IMG/VR virus record: IMGVR_UViG_3300032224_001477
Location: 1-64,000 of that record
Strand: one strand, 5' to 3'
Length of the DNA: 64,000 nt
Source: a virus
The notes beneath the pieces were generated by a model, which had not been told where the DNA came from, did not search any database, and saw only the letters and a program-made list of their open reading frames with translations. Numbering within the stretch: the first letter of the stretch is position 1; each line of letters starts with the position of its first letter. Both the position numbers and the translations under genes were made by a program. Below are positions 36,291 through 47,900 of the stretch, piece after piece.

Positions 36291-36925
36291 CGTTAACTAT
36301 GGCTGAGTCCCACATCGGGGCTTTGTCCAATCCAAGTAAGATGCCCGGCTGGGGCTGGGGCATCTCCGCACTTAACTGCAACATCGGCACCAAGCTAAGA
36401 GAAGTAATCGATAGCGTATGCGCTGAGTGCTACGCCCTACGCAATCATTACGTTATGCAGAATGTAATACAGGCTCACGCTAAGCGTCAGCTTGCATCCA
36501 ACCGCGATGATTGGGTCGACCTCATGGCGTTTATGATCAACATGAAATCAAAGAACAAAGGCGGAGACGCCTTCCGTTGGTTTGATTCTGGTGATCTTCA
36601 ATCGGTAGAATTACTGACAAAGATCTGTCAGGTCTGCGTCAAGACACCTAAGGTAAAGCACTACCTACCAACGAAGGAATACAAGATTGTACAGGACTAT
36701 GTCCAGGGTGGCGGGGTTATCCCCGACAACCTGTGCATCAGGCTGTCCGCTTACATCATCGACGGTCCACTACCCCAAGCCTTAGCCCAACGCCTCGGCG
36801 TACAGACAGCTGTGACCGTAACTAGCAACGCTACCTGCCCAGCTAAACAGCAGAACAACAAATGCTTGGACTGCCGCATTTGCTGGGACAAAGCCACACC
36901 CAACGTCAGCTACATCAAGCATTAA
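36287..36925 (+). CDS. Gp88-family (radical-SAM-like Fe-S) protein
   Basis: LSNPSKMP, C...C..CYA, FRWFDSGD, LPTKE, NLCIRLS, CP...C.DC..CW...Y..H. Confidence 0.75.
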   Translation: MTLTMAESHIGALSNPSKMPGWGWGISALNCNIGTKLREVIDSVCAECYALRNHYVMQNVIQAHAKRQLASNRDDWVDLMAFMINMKSKNKGGDAFRWFDSGDLQSVELLTKICQVCVKTPKVKHYLPTKEYKIVQDYVQGGGVIPDNLCIRLSAYIIDGPLPQALAQRLGVQTAVTVTSNATCPAKQQNNKCLDCRICWDKATPNVSYIKH

Positions 36926-36935
36926 GAAAGGATAC

Positions 36936-37508
36936 ATGATACAACCCATTAACCCTGTCAATGTTACGGACTACCAAAGAGACGACGCCAACCTTCAAGC
37001 CTTCTGGATCTTCTGCGTACTGACCGCCGGCAAGAATGCCGACACGGCAGCAAAGAAAGTATCGGAGTTACTGAACCGATTCACCACGCAGAAACCCTTT
37101 GAGTACATACGACAGCTTGGTCCTATTGCCCTGCGCAACGCCCTGCTTTCCGCCAAAAGCGGACAGTATGAGCGGATCTCCCAAGCTTTAATGGAATCAT
37201 GCAACCTCAACCTTAGATACGCCACGACGGATGAACTGGACGAGGTATACGGTGTAGGCCCCAAGACAGCTAGGTTCTTCATCCTACACACCAGACCCTC
37301 GGTTAGGGTCGCTGTGCTCGACACCCACATCCTTAAATGGATGAAGAGTGTCGGCGTAGAAGATGTGCCCGAGACATCCCCAACAGACAAGAATGTGTAC
37401 GAAAAGTATGAGCGCATCTGGCTCACGCTTTACCCGTCACACTTCCCCAATTGCACGCCGGCTCAAGCCGACTTGCTTATCTGGAGATTAATGAGCGGAC
37501 GCGAATGA
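36936..37508 (+). CDS. HhH-GPD DNA glycosylase/lyase (OGG-like) #1
   Basis: HhH motif VYGVGPKTARFF (catalytic Lys) followed by AVLDTHILKWM (catalytic Asp); ends ADLLIW. Confidence 0.8.
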   Translation: MIQPINPVNVTDYQRDDANLQAFWIFCVLTAGKNADTAAKKVSELLNRFTTQKPFEYIRQLGPIALRNALLSAKSGQYERISQALMESCNLNLRYATTDELDEVYGVGPKTARFFILHTRPSVRVAVLDTHILKWMKSVGVEDVPETSPTDKNVYEKYERIWLTLYPSHFPNCTPAQADLLIWRLMSGRE

Positions 37509-37732
37509 AAAGAAAAACAAAAAATAAATCACTACTGATAACAGTCGAACAAGGACTCGTACATGGATACAGACTTCCAAAAGGAATTGATGTTCTTGTT
37601 GTTGACTTAGATACCGCAAAGCATGAAGGGCAAGAATCAAAAGCTAGGCGTTGGCTTAAGAGAGTATCAGACGGTTCATGCCCAGAAACAACCTCCGAAG
37701 AACTTGGTTGGAGAGAGTGGGAAAGATTATGA
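37505..37732 (+). CDS. Hypothetical protein
   Basis: ATGA overlaps. Confidence 0.5.
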   Translation: MKRKTKNKSLLITVEQGLVHGYRLPKGIDVLVVDLDTAKHEGQESKARRWLKRVSDGSCPETTSEELGWREWERL

Positions 37733-37941
37733 GATTCTTTTACCACTTCAACAAACCCTTATCGGTACAACGTAAGGACGTCTGGTGGACTATCCACTAC
37801 CAGGGTCGTTGCGTTCCCATCACAGGTTTCGAGTGCCGTGTGCCAACACACGATCGCAAACGAAAATCACAACCTCGTGCAGTTGTTTGGGGCGATGCCC
37901 ACAGCATCGTCATTCAAGACAACCGCGCAATTATTACATAA
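37729..37941 (+). CDS. Hypothetical protein
   Basis: MRFFYHFNKP...QPR.V motif. Confidence 0.55.
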   Translation: MRFFYHFNKPLSVQRKDVWWTIHYQGRCVPITGFECRVPTHDRKRKSQPRAVVWGDAHSIVIQDNRAIIT

Positions 37942-37952
37942 AGGATACCCCT

Positions 37953-38168
37953 ATGACGTCATACGCCATAAAGAATAACCGCAACCTTTGGCTCTCCATC
38001 GACGATACCTGGATTGACCTTGAGGAAGGCATCCGCCAGGACACGATACGTGGCTACACAGAATTGGACGCAGTTAACGAGGATCTATTCAAGTACCAAG
38101 AGGAGAAGGCTACCATTGCCTACCACCCCTGGCAGCTGGGTAAGACCCGAGAGCTGTTGCTACCATGA
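37953..38168 (+). CDS. Hypothetical protein
   Basis: SD AAGGA. Confidence 0.5.
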   Translation: MTSYAIKNNRNLWLSIDDTWIDLEEGIRQDTIRGYTELDAVNEDLFKYQEEKATIAYHPWQLGKTRELLLP

Positions 38169-38809
38169 CTGCCGGCATTAGGGATCTTTACTACAACCTC
38201 AAACAGTCCGACATCGACAGCTACACCCGCTACTGGGATGAGATTAATCCCAGAGGAGACAAGATGCGGGAGTTCAAGTTCTGGATGTTCAGCATCTTCG
38301 CAGCCAACATGGGCTGGGAGGACAACGTCAAGTGCATGGAAGCTGTCGGCAACCACAATGATTGGATCGACAATACAGCCGAGTTGGAACGTAGACTGTA
38401 CAACGCACGCACTGGTTTATGGCGGAGCAAAGCCAGAGACATCCAGCGTTTCACACAGTTGTTTATGCATAAGTATCACAGCTTTGTGCGTCAAGCCAAC
38501 GAGAGCTGTACCGAATACCGCAACCGCATTGCCGCGACTGTCCCTGGTTTAGGGCTGGCTAAAGCCAGCTTTGCCATTGGCATGTTGAATCCTAACTGCA
38601 TGGTCGTCTGCCTGGATCGATTGATCTTGCGTGGAATCCATGCATTAAAAGGACGGCAAGTAAACAAAACGGAGTACACAAAAATGGAGAACCATTGGAC
38701 TAGACTTGCCTCTGACTATGACGTTAAACCGTTCATTGCCAGAGAGATCTGGTGGAACAAGTTTCAAGGCTTTAAGTCCACGAGATATTGGAGTAAGACA
38801 CTTGAATGA
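38165..38809 (+). CDS. HhH-GPD DNA glycosylase-like protein #2
   Basis: VPGLGLAKASFAIGM (HhH Lys), VCLDRLILR (Asp), Y.KME..W. Confidence 0.7.
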   Translation: MTAGIRDLYYNLKQSDIDSYTRYWDEINPRGDKMREFKFWMFSIFAANMGWEDNVKCMEAVGNHNDWIDNTAELERRLYNARTGLWRSKARDIQRFTQLFMHKYHSFVRQANESCTEYRNRIAATVPGLGLAKASFAIGMLNPNCMVVCLDRLILRGIHALKGRQVNKTEYTKMENHWTRLASDYDVKPFIAREIWWNKFQGFKSTRYWSKTLE

Positions 38810-39393
38810 CGAACAAGAGATTATTATGGAGAGCAGATAAAGACTATAAACATTACCAAGAAGGAGACATTAAACTAGGTAAGGATCTTGCTGACTTCGT
38901 ATACAAGCAGATAAAGATCCAGGGTGTGGACGTCCAAAATCTTGGCAAGAAAAGCAAGACCTATTGGATGACTTGGGATGAGTGCAGTGCTTATTACCAA
39001 AAGCATTGTAACTATGTCATGCCTCACGATTGTGAGTTCGGCCACGAGAACTGTTCCGATAAGCCTAAGGGTATCTGTGTTTATTGCACAGCTATGTTTG
39101 AGCATATGCGGTCACATGAGTCATCGTTGCTTGCCGCATTCCAAGACGAGAGGATCCAGGAGATCCTCGGACCGGAAGAAGTTAACGCATACTACCAACG
39201 TATGACTAACTACGATCCCGATCTAAACAAAGACATCAACAAAAAGCTGTTTGAGAAGAAGTGCATGATTGATCTTCCATCCAGATTCAAAGGTAAAGGC
39301 GAGCAGTTAAAAGAACTGTACGATGCCTTCAAGGGTCCAAGCCCAATGGTCAGGGCTGACGATCCTCCTGAACCACCTTGTAAAGTGTTCTAG
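38806..39393 (+). CDS. Hypothetical protein
   Basis: 195 aa with a Cys cluster; last plus-strand gene of the early block. Confidence 0.55.
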   Translation: MTNKRLLWRADKDYKHYQEGDIKLGKDLADFVYKQIKIQGVDVQNLGKKSKTYWMTWDECSAYYQKHCNYVMPHDCEFGHENCSDKPKGICVYCTAMFEHMRSHESSLLAAFQDERIQEILGPEEVNAYYQRMTNYDPDLNKDINKKLFEKKCMIDLPSRFKGKGEQLKELYDAFKGPSPMVRADDPPEPPCKVF

Positions 39394-40742
39394 AGAAGCC
39401 TGCCCGACGGCGAGCGTCTTGATCCCCCACCTGCCATGGTGCCAAATCTTCCCGTGTTCACAAAGAAACGTGGAGGGGGTCGGACGTTCGCCGTTGTGGT
39501 GGATGAGGGGCTCATGCCGTCCTCATCATCTTCATTTTTTTTACGTGGTTTAAAGTCGGGGATATTACCGGCAGACTGAACTCGATTGGCTTGCTTAGCT
39601 GCCAGCTCGGCAATCATCCCTTGTGTGTCGGGGTTGCTCAGGAAGGACATGATGTCTGGCTCCGAGGCTTTGTCTTGAATCCCAATGGGGGCTTTAACTG
39701 CCTGCTCTGCCATTGCTACGGATTCCTTAGCGGAAGGTTTGTAAGTATCGGCCGATGGCTTGGGTTCAGGAGTCTTATTGATTTGCTCCTGCTGTCTCCT
39801 GCTCAGCTCTTCAAAAGCCTTTTGGAAGTTACCCTCGGTAGCGTCCATACCTTTTTCTTTAAGCCAGTTGCTAGCTTCTTCAATCCCGATAGAAGGCACG
39901 TTCTTTGTGGGCTGCTCCGGCCCCGCTGACTTTGCGTTAGCTACTGCCGTAGGCTCTTCAGACTTTAAGATACCCATAGCGTCCATAGCTTTGTCGCCAA
40001 CCATTGGTAGTAAAGTGCCACCAGCAAAAGCCCCAATCCCCGGCGCCCCCACTCTGCCTCCTAACGCCGCACCAACTTTTGAACCGATACCAACCAGCGC
40101 GGTGTTTACCGCCTGACGAGCCAGCTTTTTATTTGACTCAGGTTTATCCAGGGCCTCCGTGAAAGACTGTCCCTTATCCATATCTGACTTCATCTCCCAT
40201 GCTCTACTGACAGCTGGAAATGCAGCATACGCAGTCGCCATTTTATTATTCAACACCGCCTTACCTATCTTAGAACCCGAGGCTTTTCCTAAACCCTTAC
40301 CTGTTGCCTCCCCAAGATTTTTAAATTCTTGCCCCAGGCCCTGCACATATTTTCCAAAAGGTCCCGCTTCTTTAGCCGCACCGGCCGCCGCCTTACCGGC
40401 TGTATCCGCTGCCGCTTTGCCAACCGCAGTCGCTTCAGCCGTAACCGCGTCCTTTGTAGCTTTGGCCGCAGGGTTAGTGGCTACGGACTTTAACTTGGCG
40501 CCTTTGGCTTTAGGTGCGGTAGTTTCAACAGGCGCAGATCCCTCAACCTTTGGAACGCTTTGAGTTGGGTTCTTGCCTGCCCACCCAGCAGGAAGCTGAG
40601 CTTCAACTTCTTGTAGCGCACCCTTCTCAAGCAAGTCACCCAAACGGGTTTGTGTTTCCGGGGGCTGCGTCTTCAACCACTCTCTTATCTGGGTTACTTT
40701 ATCTACCTTAACCGAGGGCTTGGTTTTAATCTTTGGCGCCAT
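39390..40742 (-). CDS. Ala/Lys/Gly-rich virion-block protein (possibly ejected)
   Basis: SD AAGGAG; glycine-zipper-like segment; palindrome upstream at 40763-40784. Confidence 0.6.
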   Translation of the reverse strand: MAPKIKTKPSVKVDKVTQIREWLKTQPPETQTRLGDLLEKGALQEVEAQLPAGWAGKNPTQSVPKVEGSAPVETTAPKAKGAKLKSVATNPAAKATKDAVTAEATAVGKAAADTAGKAAAGAAKEAGPFGKYVQGLGQEFKNLGEATGKGLGKASGSKIGKAVLNNKMATAYAAFPAVSRAWEMKSDMDKGQSFTEALDKPESNKKLARQAVNTALVGIGSKVGAALGGRVGAPGIGAFAGGTLLPMVGDKAMDAMGILKSEEPTAVANAKSAGPEQPTKNVPSIGIEEASNWLKEKGMDATEGNFQKAFEELSRRQQEQINKTPEPKPSADTYKPSAKESVAMAEQAVKAPIGIQDKASEPDIMSFLSNPDTQGMIAELAAKQANRVQSAGNIPDFKPRKKNEDDEDGMSPSSTTTANVRPPPRFFVNTGRFGTMAGGGSRRSPSGRLL

Positions 40743-40784
40743 ATGTATTACTCCTTTTTAGCTACTGTCAACCATTAGTCAATA

Positions 40785-40931
40785 TTATCGCTTGCCTAGC
40801 CCTCGGCGGGCTCTTGCTTGAAACTCTTTCTTTCCGTATTTCTTACGACCGATCCAGGCAGCCAGGGCTCTTGGATCCTGTGCCCCCTGCTTATCCAGCT
40901 TGTTGACCAGCTTCTTATACTTGGAAATCAT
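40785..40931 (-). CDS. Small basic protein (48 aa)
   Basis: MISKYKKLVNKLDKQGAQDPRALAAWIGRKKYGKK...; not in the ORF track. Confidence 0.55.
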   Translation of the reverse strand: MISKYKKLVNKLDKQGAQDPRALAAWIGRKKYGKKEFQARARRGLGKR

Positions 40932-41092
40932 TTTTGTTTTTGCTCCTTCTCCCATTGATCATCATCACCGTCATCGTCTTTATCTTTAAAGGCCCAAGGC
41001 ATACGACTGCCCGGGTGCTTGGAAAGAAGCCAGTCAGTTTCTGGATGCTCTTCACGGGCAATCTGTCTTGGCTTTCTTTTCTTACCGGCCAT
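40928..41092 (-). CDS. Small hypothetical protein (54 aa)
   Basis: MAGKKRKPRQIAREEHPETDW...; ATGA overlap with the next gene. Confidence 0.45.
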   Translation of the reverse strand: MAGKKRKPRQIAREEHPETDWLLSKHPGSRMPWAFKDKDDDGDDDQWEKEQKQK

Positions 41093-41094
41093 GA

Positions 41095-41898
41095 CTACCC
41101 GTTAAAGAACCCTGGGAACTTATATTTAATTGGCTGTTGATAATCGAAGGTTGGTTTGTTCAGACTGTTAGCGTAGTCAGCGAGCATCATGTTGGTCGCG
41201 TTCGACCCAGCTGAATCCCCTGCCCCAGCAAATCCCTCAAGCAATCCGGCTATGCCACCCATGATATCTAACCCCGAGCTAGTAGAACTCCCCGCCACTG
41301 CCCCGGCGCCCATACCCTTCCCCATCAATGCGCCTCGACTTGGGCTGTTCGAAGACATGAGGTCTTCTTTTTTTAAGGAGAACCCAGGCTCTAAGGGTTG
41401 ACTGGCGGCCTGATTGCCTACGGGCATTGAAGACTTAATCTCTGGAAGCAGGCGATCAACGCTCTTCATTGCGCCCATGATAGAGTTTGAATATTCTCGG
41501 GGGTTGGTTGTAGCGTACCCAGAGGTGGCTAAGGCGTTGGCAAAACCCGCAGGGTCTGCTTGCCCGCGAACATTTTTGTACCTGTCTGTAGATAAGAACT
41601 TGGTGTACTCATCTGCGTATTGGTTGAAGTCATTAAACTTTTTGAAGTCGGCTTCAGTGTTAATCACCTTGCCGTTAACGGTTTCTTTTGTCGGCATCCG
41701 CACGGACGGCCCGCCCTTCCACTCTTTAATCCCGCCGAAATTATTTGCTGCCTTCGCAAGCTTGCTTGTCCCCCAACCAGATTCCATAGCCCACTGCGCC
41801 ATGACCGCATTACTTGGGACACCTAATCTTGCGGCTACGCGTTCGGCAGGGACAACTGCTGCTTTGATAAAGTCGATCTGTTCTTGTCTTGTAGCCAT
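41095..41898 (-). CDS. GH73 (FlgJ-like) glucosaminidase, probably virion-associated
   Basis: AQWAMESGWG, NNFGGIK, T.E, RY, GYAT.P.Y motifs; low-complexity C-terminal tail. Confidence 0.85.
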   Translation of the reverse strand: MATRQEQIDFIKAAVVPAERVAARLGVPSNAVMAQWAMESGWGTSKLAKAANNFGGIKEWKGGPSVRMPTKETVNGKVINTEADFKKFNDFNQYADEYTKFLSTDRYKNVRGQADPAGFANALATSGYATTNPREYSNSIMGAMKSVDRLLPEIKSSMPVGNQAASQPLEPGFSLKKEDLMSSNSPSRGALMGKGMGAGAVAGSSTSSGLDIMGGIAGLLEGFAGAGDSAGSNATNMMLADYANSLNKPTFDYQQPIKYKFPGFFNG

Positions 41899-41939
41899 AT
41901 ATTTATATTCTAATTACTTACGTTTTGTGGTCAATAATC

Positions 41940-44900
41940 CTACAGCTTTACACCTTGCCGGATTAGCTCCGGTGTCAGCTGTGCCTTTGCAGTAGCGGTT
42001 GCTTTTTGCCCCAGCTTGGTCAAATAATCGTCTAACTGTTCGGTGCTCATGCGCTTCGCCATTGAGAAGAACGAAGGACTACGAACAACCTGGGCGATAA
42101 CCTTTCCTCGTAGCTCTCTAAATCTATAGAACTGCTCGTCATTAAGCGGGTAGTTTTGAACTGTCTGTCCTCTTCGAGCGTCTGGGATAAAGGCTTTCTT
42201 GGCTGACAACAGTTTGAAGAGAGGGTCTGCTTCAGAAGTATTGATAAACCTCTGTAAGAACAGCAACCTCTCCGGCCCTGCGGGAGCATTAACCACCTCA
42301 CCCAATACATTGAGTTGCGGCTGCCCAGTCATGCTCTTCAAGATCGGCACTTTGTTAAACAACCATTTACCCACAAAGCTTGTCTGTTGTTGCGGAATGG
42401 GTTCAAAGACTTGATCCGCTTGCTTAATAATGTTGGGCACTGCGTTGCCGACCGCACCCGAAAAGAAGTTCTGTGCGGCCGATACGTCCTGACCTTCAGA
42501 AGTTCCGTCCAGCATCTTAAACAAGTTGGACAACCCCTGCAGGAATGATTGATTGAAGGGCACCTGAATGGTAGCGAGCGCGGCCGATGTAAGCTTTTCA
42601 CCCATGTCTTTTTCACGACCCCTCGGATAGTTTGAGGTATCAAACCACGTTCCAACAATCGCCAATGGGATTGCTAGCGGGGTGGACAGATAGCTAACTT
42701 TAACGCTATTGCCACCAAAGGAGAATGAGTACGGTACGTAACCAGCTTCGCGTGCCTGCTTTCTAGCTGCAGGATCTGAAGGTCCACCACCAGTGATATT
42801 AAAGCCGTCATCCTGTCCGTCGTCGTCCTTATCTTTTAGCATGTTAGACAAGCCAGCCAACACAAGCATGCCGGCTGTACCAAGAGTTGCTTGAATAGCG
42901 TAAAGGCTGCCCTGCTCGATCAGCTTGATTTGTTCCAACTGTTCTACCGACTTAGCCAGCCCACTTGTCTTTTTTGTGCCGGCCTTACCCCAAGCCAGGA
43001 AGGCTCGGTACGCACCGATCGGAGTATAGTTGATGCTTTCGTTGGTAACATTTGAAACGATCTTGGTGAAAGGAACAAATAGCGGACCGAGAATTGGATG
43101 CTGTTGAGAGAATGTTCCAATACATTTGGCTATGTTGCCAAGCACTCCATACGGCGCGTTATTATATGTGGCGTACAAAGATAGATCTTCGGCCCGGCGC
43201 ATAATCGAAGCTCTCTCAGGATCTTTGAGTATTGCTTGATCCCTGAGTTCATATACTCGCTTCGTAAACTCTGCAGTGCCTGGCTTCAAACCCTCATCGT
43301 TGATGGCCACATTTGTAGCGTAAGCAACGAAATTGTCTGTTTGATTAAGAAGCCGAGCCGCCTCTTCTTCAGGCGACAACTTGGTAAGCCCATTCTCAAC
43401 ATTCTCGATTGCCTGGATCTGGGCTTGGATAGCTGCAAAACCTTCCAGTGCAGAACGGCCGAACAATGCGTCCGAAGCTGCCATAATTCGGAAAATATAC
43501 TTACCCTTGGACAGCACCTTTTTCATGAGGGTGTCTGTATCCATTGATTCAAGAGCATTGATACTAGCTTCATCCACGTACTTACCATTTGTTCTTAGGT
43601 TGATGTCTCCGTGAAGTAGGATTCCTTTAGCTTCTGCAAAAGCAATGGTGTGCATGGATGCCAAGAATGTTTTGTATCCTAGGGCCATGTACTTTGCGGC
43701 CAGCAGAGGGTTGCCTCTGGCTGTAGCTGCAGCCAACGAGTAAGTTGCAATATCCGCGATTGACTTAAAGGCCGTCGAGACAAAGTTCATCCAGAAAGTT
43801 GCTGGGCCTGAAAGCATGGACATGTACCAGTAAGCGGAGATCTGAGGGAGGGCATCAGACTTTGTCGCTCCGTGAAGAACTCTGAGCGCCTCTTGGAACT
43901 TTCTATCCTTCTGGAAGCCATCAGGTAATTCAGCTGCCTCTTCCATCATGCGCCTTAGGGTTTCGGCCGTGTTCACATCAAAAGATGGGAACTTACCAAG
44001 ACTGTCGATGCTTGAAAGAACCACCTCCTCGTTGATTGCACCTAAGGCAGCCAACTCAAGAATCTTCCTTGCGTCTCCCGCAATCGCATTCTCCAGGGTG
44101 TTGCCCGTCCGAGAGATTGGCGGCTTAACCACTTCGTGCATTTCGCTAAGCAATTGCTCAATGCGTTCAGACTTTAGCTCGGGGATGGTCATGCCCGCAC
44201 GGTTCACAATCTTTCTTCCAAGCGTACGACCACGAAGACTTAAAGCTTTTCCAAGCTGGGTTTGCATGTTTGCTTTCACCATGTCCGCCAACTCTTGAAA
44301 CCTAAGCGGAGCATTTTCGTAGTCGGGCAACAGCCGGGACAGCACTTTGACTAGGTCTTCCCCACTGAACTGCTCGTAGTGATTCCTGATGATAGTAACG
44401 ATGTCGTCCGCGTTGTTTTCTCGCAGTGCTTGAGAGTAAAGCCTGTTGATCTGTTCGATAAGGCTTTGTACGCCCTTGTCCTTAAGGGTGAGTCCTAGTG
44501 CAACATCCTGAAGCTCCCTGACTTCTTTACGAATTTCTTCGTTTTGGGTGGCTACCCTATCTTTTACACCTCTGCGGGTCTCAGCAAGACGCGTAATGTA
44601 TTCGTTAACCATGCCAGCCGGCGTGTACATCAAGAGTTCTTTTAGAAGTTTGTACCCAATCGATATTGTCTGCCCCATGTTGCGACCGAGATTGGCTATA
44701 TAGGTAAGAAGATCTGATGCTCTTTTGACCTGACCCCTCTCCCTGAAACGACGAATTGCGTAACTGGCGAGCAGAACAATCTGTCGCTGGTTTAATTTGT
44801 AGGGTTGACCCCCAATATCGATATCCTGAGTTTTGTCGGCATCGGGTCCAACCTGCGTTAACCACATTGAAATCTTTTCGGGACTTAACTCATCGAGAAC

Positions 44901-47900
44901 GCCTTCAACTGCCTCGATTGCCCCTTCATCAGCAAGATATGAGAGGTCTGCTTTTTGCGATGCTTTTTCGTAGGTCGGTACACCGTCCTGGTAGATCTCG
45001 GCCGCTCGGGCTGCCGCGGACAAAGGTTGAGCCCCGATCGGTCGGGCTTGATCAATAGCTTCTCCCAAAGAGTTTAACCCAGGAGCTTCAGAGCTTGGCA
45101 CGTTATACGACGGGGGCGCTACGTAATCGGAGTAGAACCGATCGTATACCGTGTTGATCTTGTAATAGGTTTCGTAAAGACTTCTCGCCCTTGGGTCGGA
45201 AGAGTTCTTAAGAGTGCTGAAAAGATTAAATATAGAATCAAGAACCGTACGCAACCACCCAAGGAACGACCTGCGTCGCGCCCTGGAAAAGGTGTCGAGG
45301 TTTCTTACCTGTTGCCTGGACTGTCCCTGGATCAGGTTGGATACACGATCTTGAACCTGAAGGCTGCGGACAAGCTCAAGACTCTCGGTAAACACCTTGG
45401 CGCCCTGACTCTTATCAAGCTCAAGAAGAACTCGGAAGAACTCAGCAACCAGCACTTCATCGCTTTCTTTGGTCTCGGGATAAAGTTCGCCGAGCGCTTG
45501 TTCAACTGAAACCGCTTTCTTGCCCGGCAACTTGACCATGAGCCCGTTGTCTTCTGAGCGAAGGAAGTCCGCTGCCTCACGAACTCTGGTGTTGTAGTAA
45601 GACACCCAAGATACCCCACCATTGGGGAAACGCGCTCGGTATTCTTTTCGGAGCTGTTCGAAGTAAGAAAGATGCGCCACTTCGTGGGTAATAAGTTGGT
45701 CCATCAAAGCCGCGGTAAGGTTGTTGTATGTGTTCCTTGCATCGCCGTCCAAGAATTTAATATCTTTCTGCTGGAAAAGTTTATCTGCCAGAAGTTCTGG
45801 GTTAACAAAGATGGTTGAGTTGATTGGGTCATTTGCGTTTTCGGAACCGCGAACCGTGAACACAGGGTATTTCTCTTTGGTGTTTGAGACGAAGTTGACG
45901 TTCTTTAGACCTCTGCGACGAGCAATAAAGCGAAGGTATTCCATCGCCTTCTCTTGTCTTGGATCCTCGAGGTTAAGAAGGTTTGAATCAAAGCTAACCC
46001 CGGCGTCAGCAAAGCCTGACTCGGTAGCATATTTAGCAGCTCCGGCCACATCGGCCTGAACCTTCTTCATCCTGGAGCGGTCCGCTTGCTTGATGTAAGG
46101 ATCGTTGATCTTGCGCATTTCACTGAGCGCAGCGGCCGAGTTAAACGGAGCACGACTTTCAAAGGCCGGCAGGAGAATGTTAAACAAGAGATCCTTGACC
46201 CGAGTCCTATCGTTTTGTGGGCTGATCAGTTCTTCCGGGGCCAGCGTGCGGTCGAATTTACCAACTGGGTCCAGCAGTTGCTCGATCATCTGCTCGCGGG
46301 TTACGCTATTGAGCCTGTAAATTCTATGAAGAAGATTCGTAATCCGCATCGCAGCGTCGTTCAACGACTCAAGAGGACTGTTTTCCAGAATCGCCAACAT
46401 AGCTTTAGAGAGTGAACCCTTACGCGCTACGTCCGCTACAATTCTATTTAGCTCTTTCCTAGGGTCAGTGCCTTTTGCAATATCCGCACCCGCGGCCTTA
46501 ACCGCAGCCCGGATCTCACTGTCCTTCTCGAGCTCTGTTTGAGCCTCTTGATCGTACAATTCAAGGACGTCCTTAACTTTCTGAGCATCCGAGAACTCCT
46601 GCATATTATTACGTTCAAGTTCCTTAAGAATGCCCTCGTACCTGTCTTGCGCGATTTGACGAAGCACAGGTTCTTGAATGAAAGAGGAAGGAATGCCAGA
46701 TAGTGACCCGAATACTTTGTTAAGCAACGCGCCACTGAGAAAGCCTTTGCCTTTTCCTTTGTCACCGACTTGCGACCCACTTTTGATTTTGATGGTGGGA
46801 AACAGAATATCCAGCTGGGCGTTGCTCTTGCCGTTGTACATGGAAGGACGGTATCCCGAAGTGAATCCAAAGCCTTCACGCATAATGATGTCATGAACAG
46901 CTCTGGGGATGAAAGGCAGGGTGTTGCGGTATGCGGCCATCTTATTGATGAACGCTTCGAACTTTGTCCTGCGTTTGTTTTTGGTTGGTAGTGTTTCATA
47001 TTTGTCTAGCTCCGTAAAATATCCTTCGTTATCGAGGCCAATCTGCGCGTCGTAATCACTGCCCATATCTTCCGGTGTGAGACTAGCTTCAAAGATATCT
47101 TCAACTGGTCTTCCCTCTTTCACCTCCTCTGTTCTGCCTTCAAGTGAAACAAAAGACTTCTCTCTCAACTTCATCGAATCTGCAATCAGACTAACCCGCC
47201 TTGCTAAACCAAGAACTCCGGCATAGCCCTCAACCGACAAGGATGAAACAAACCCGTATAAAGTATTGGTTGGGCGACTTTCGTCTAGGTAGGTACCGCC
47301 AAAAGGCTCTTGAGTCATGCTGTCGTACTGCTTGAAGATCTTTCCAAACAACGCACTTAGTCGTCTTCTATTGTACTCAGCATCCCTATTCCCCCTGGCT
47401 TCCTCGACCTTCAACTCCTCATTGTTTGTCTCGAGCACCTCTGGAGCTCTCTTGCTGCGTATAAGCGCCTCGATAAACACTCTTCGCAGCATCTCACTGT
47501 CCTTTGAATTCTCAGGAGTAGTGACGCTGAGGTTATCTACAAGGCTTCTAACCTCGGTTTCAGACAAGCCACTTTGCTTGGCTCGGGTTAGCAAATGCTC
47601 CAAGGGACGGCCGGAGCGCCCTGCTGCGTTGCGGTTGACCCCTACTTCGTAAGACCAACCCTTTGAAAGATCTTGTTCGTCAATCGGCGTATACACCATT
47701 CCGCTCTTAAAGACATTTACTGCATCTTGAATGATGCGTGGGAGCAGGGCTAGTTCTTCAGAGTCAAACGCTCCCTCGTCAATGGCTCTCTGCAGACGCG
47801 CATCAACATCTTCGAGGAACAGAGAGTTCATGTCTCTCCTGGTGTTCGCAGCCATTGATTCTACCAGACTCTTTTCAATGCTTTCGCGAGTCTTGCCGAA

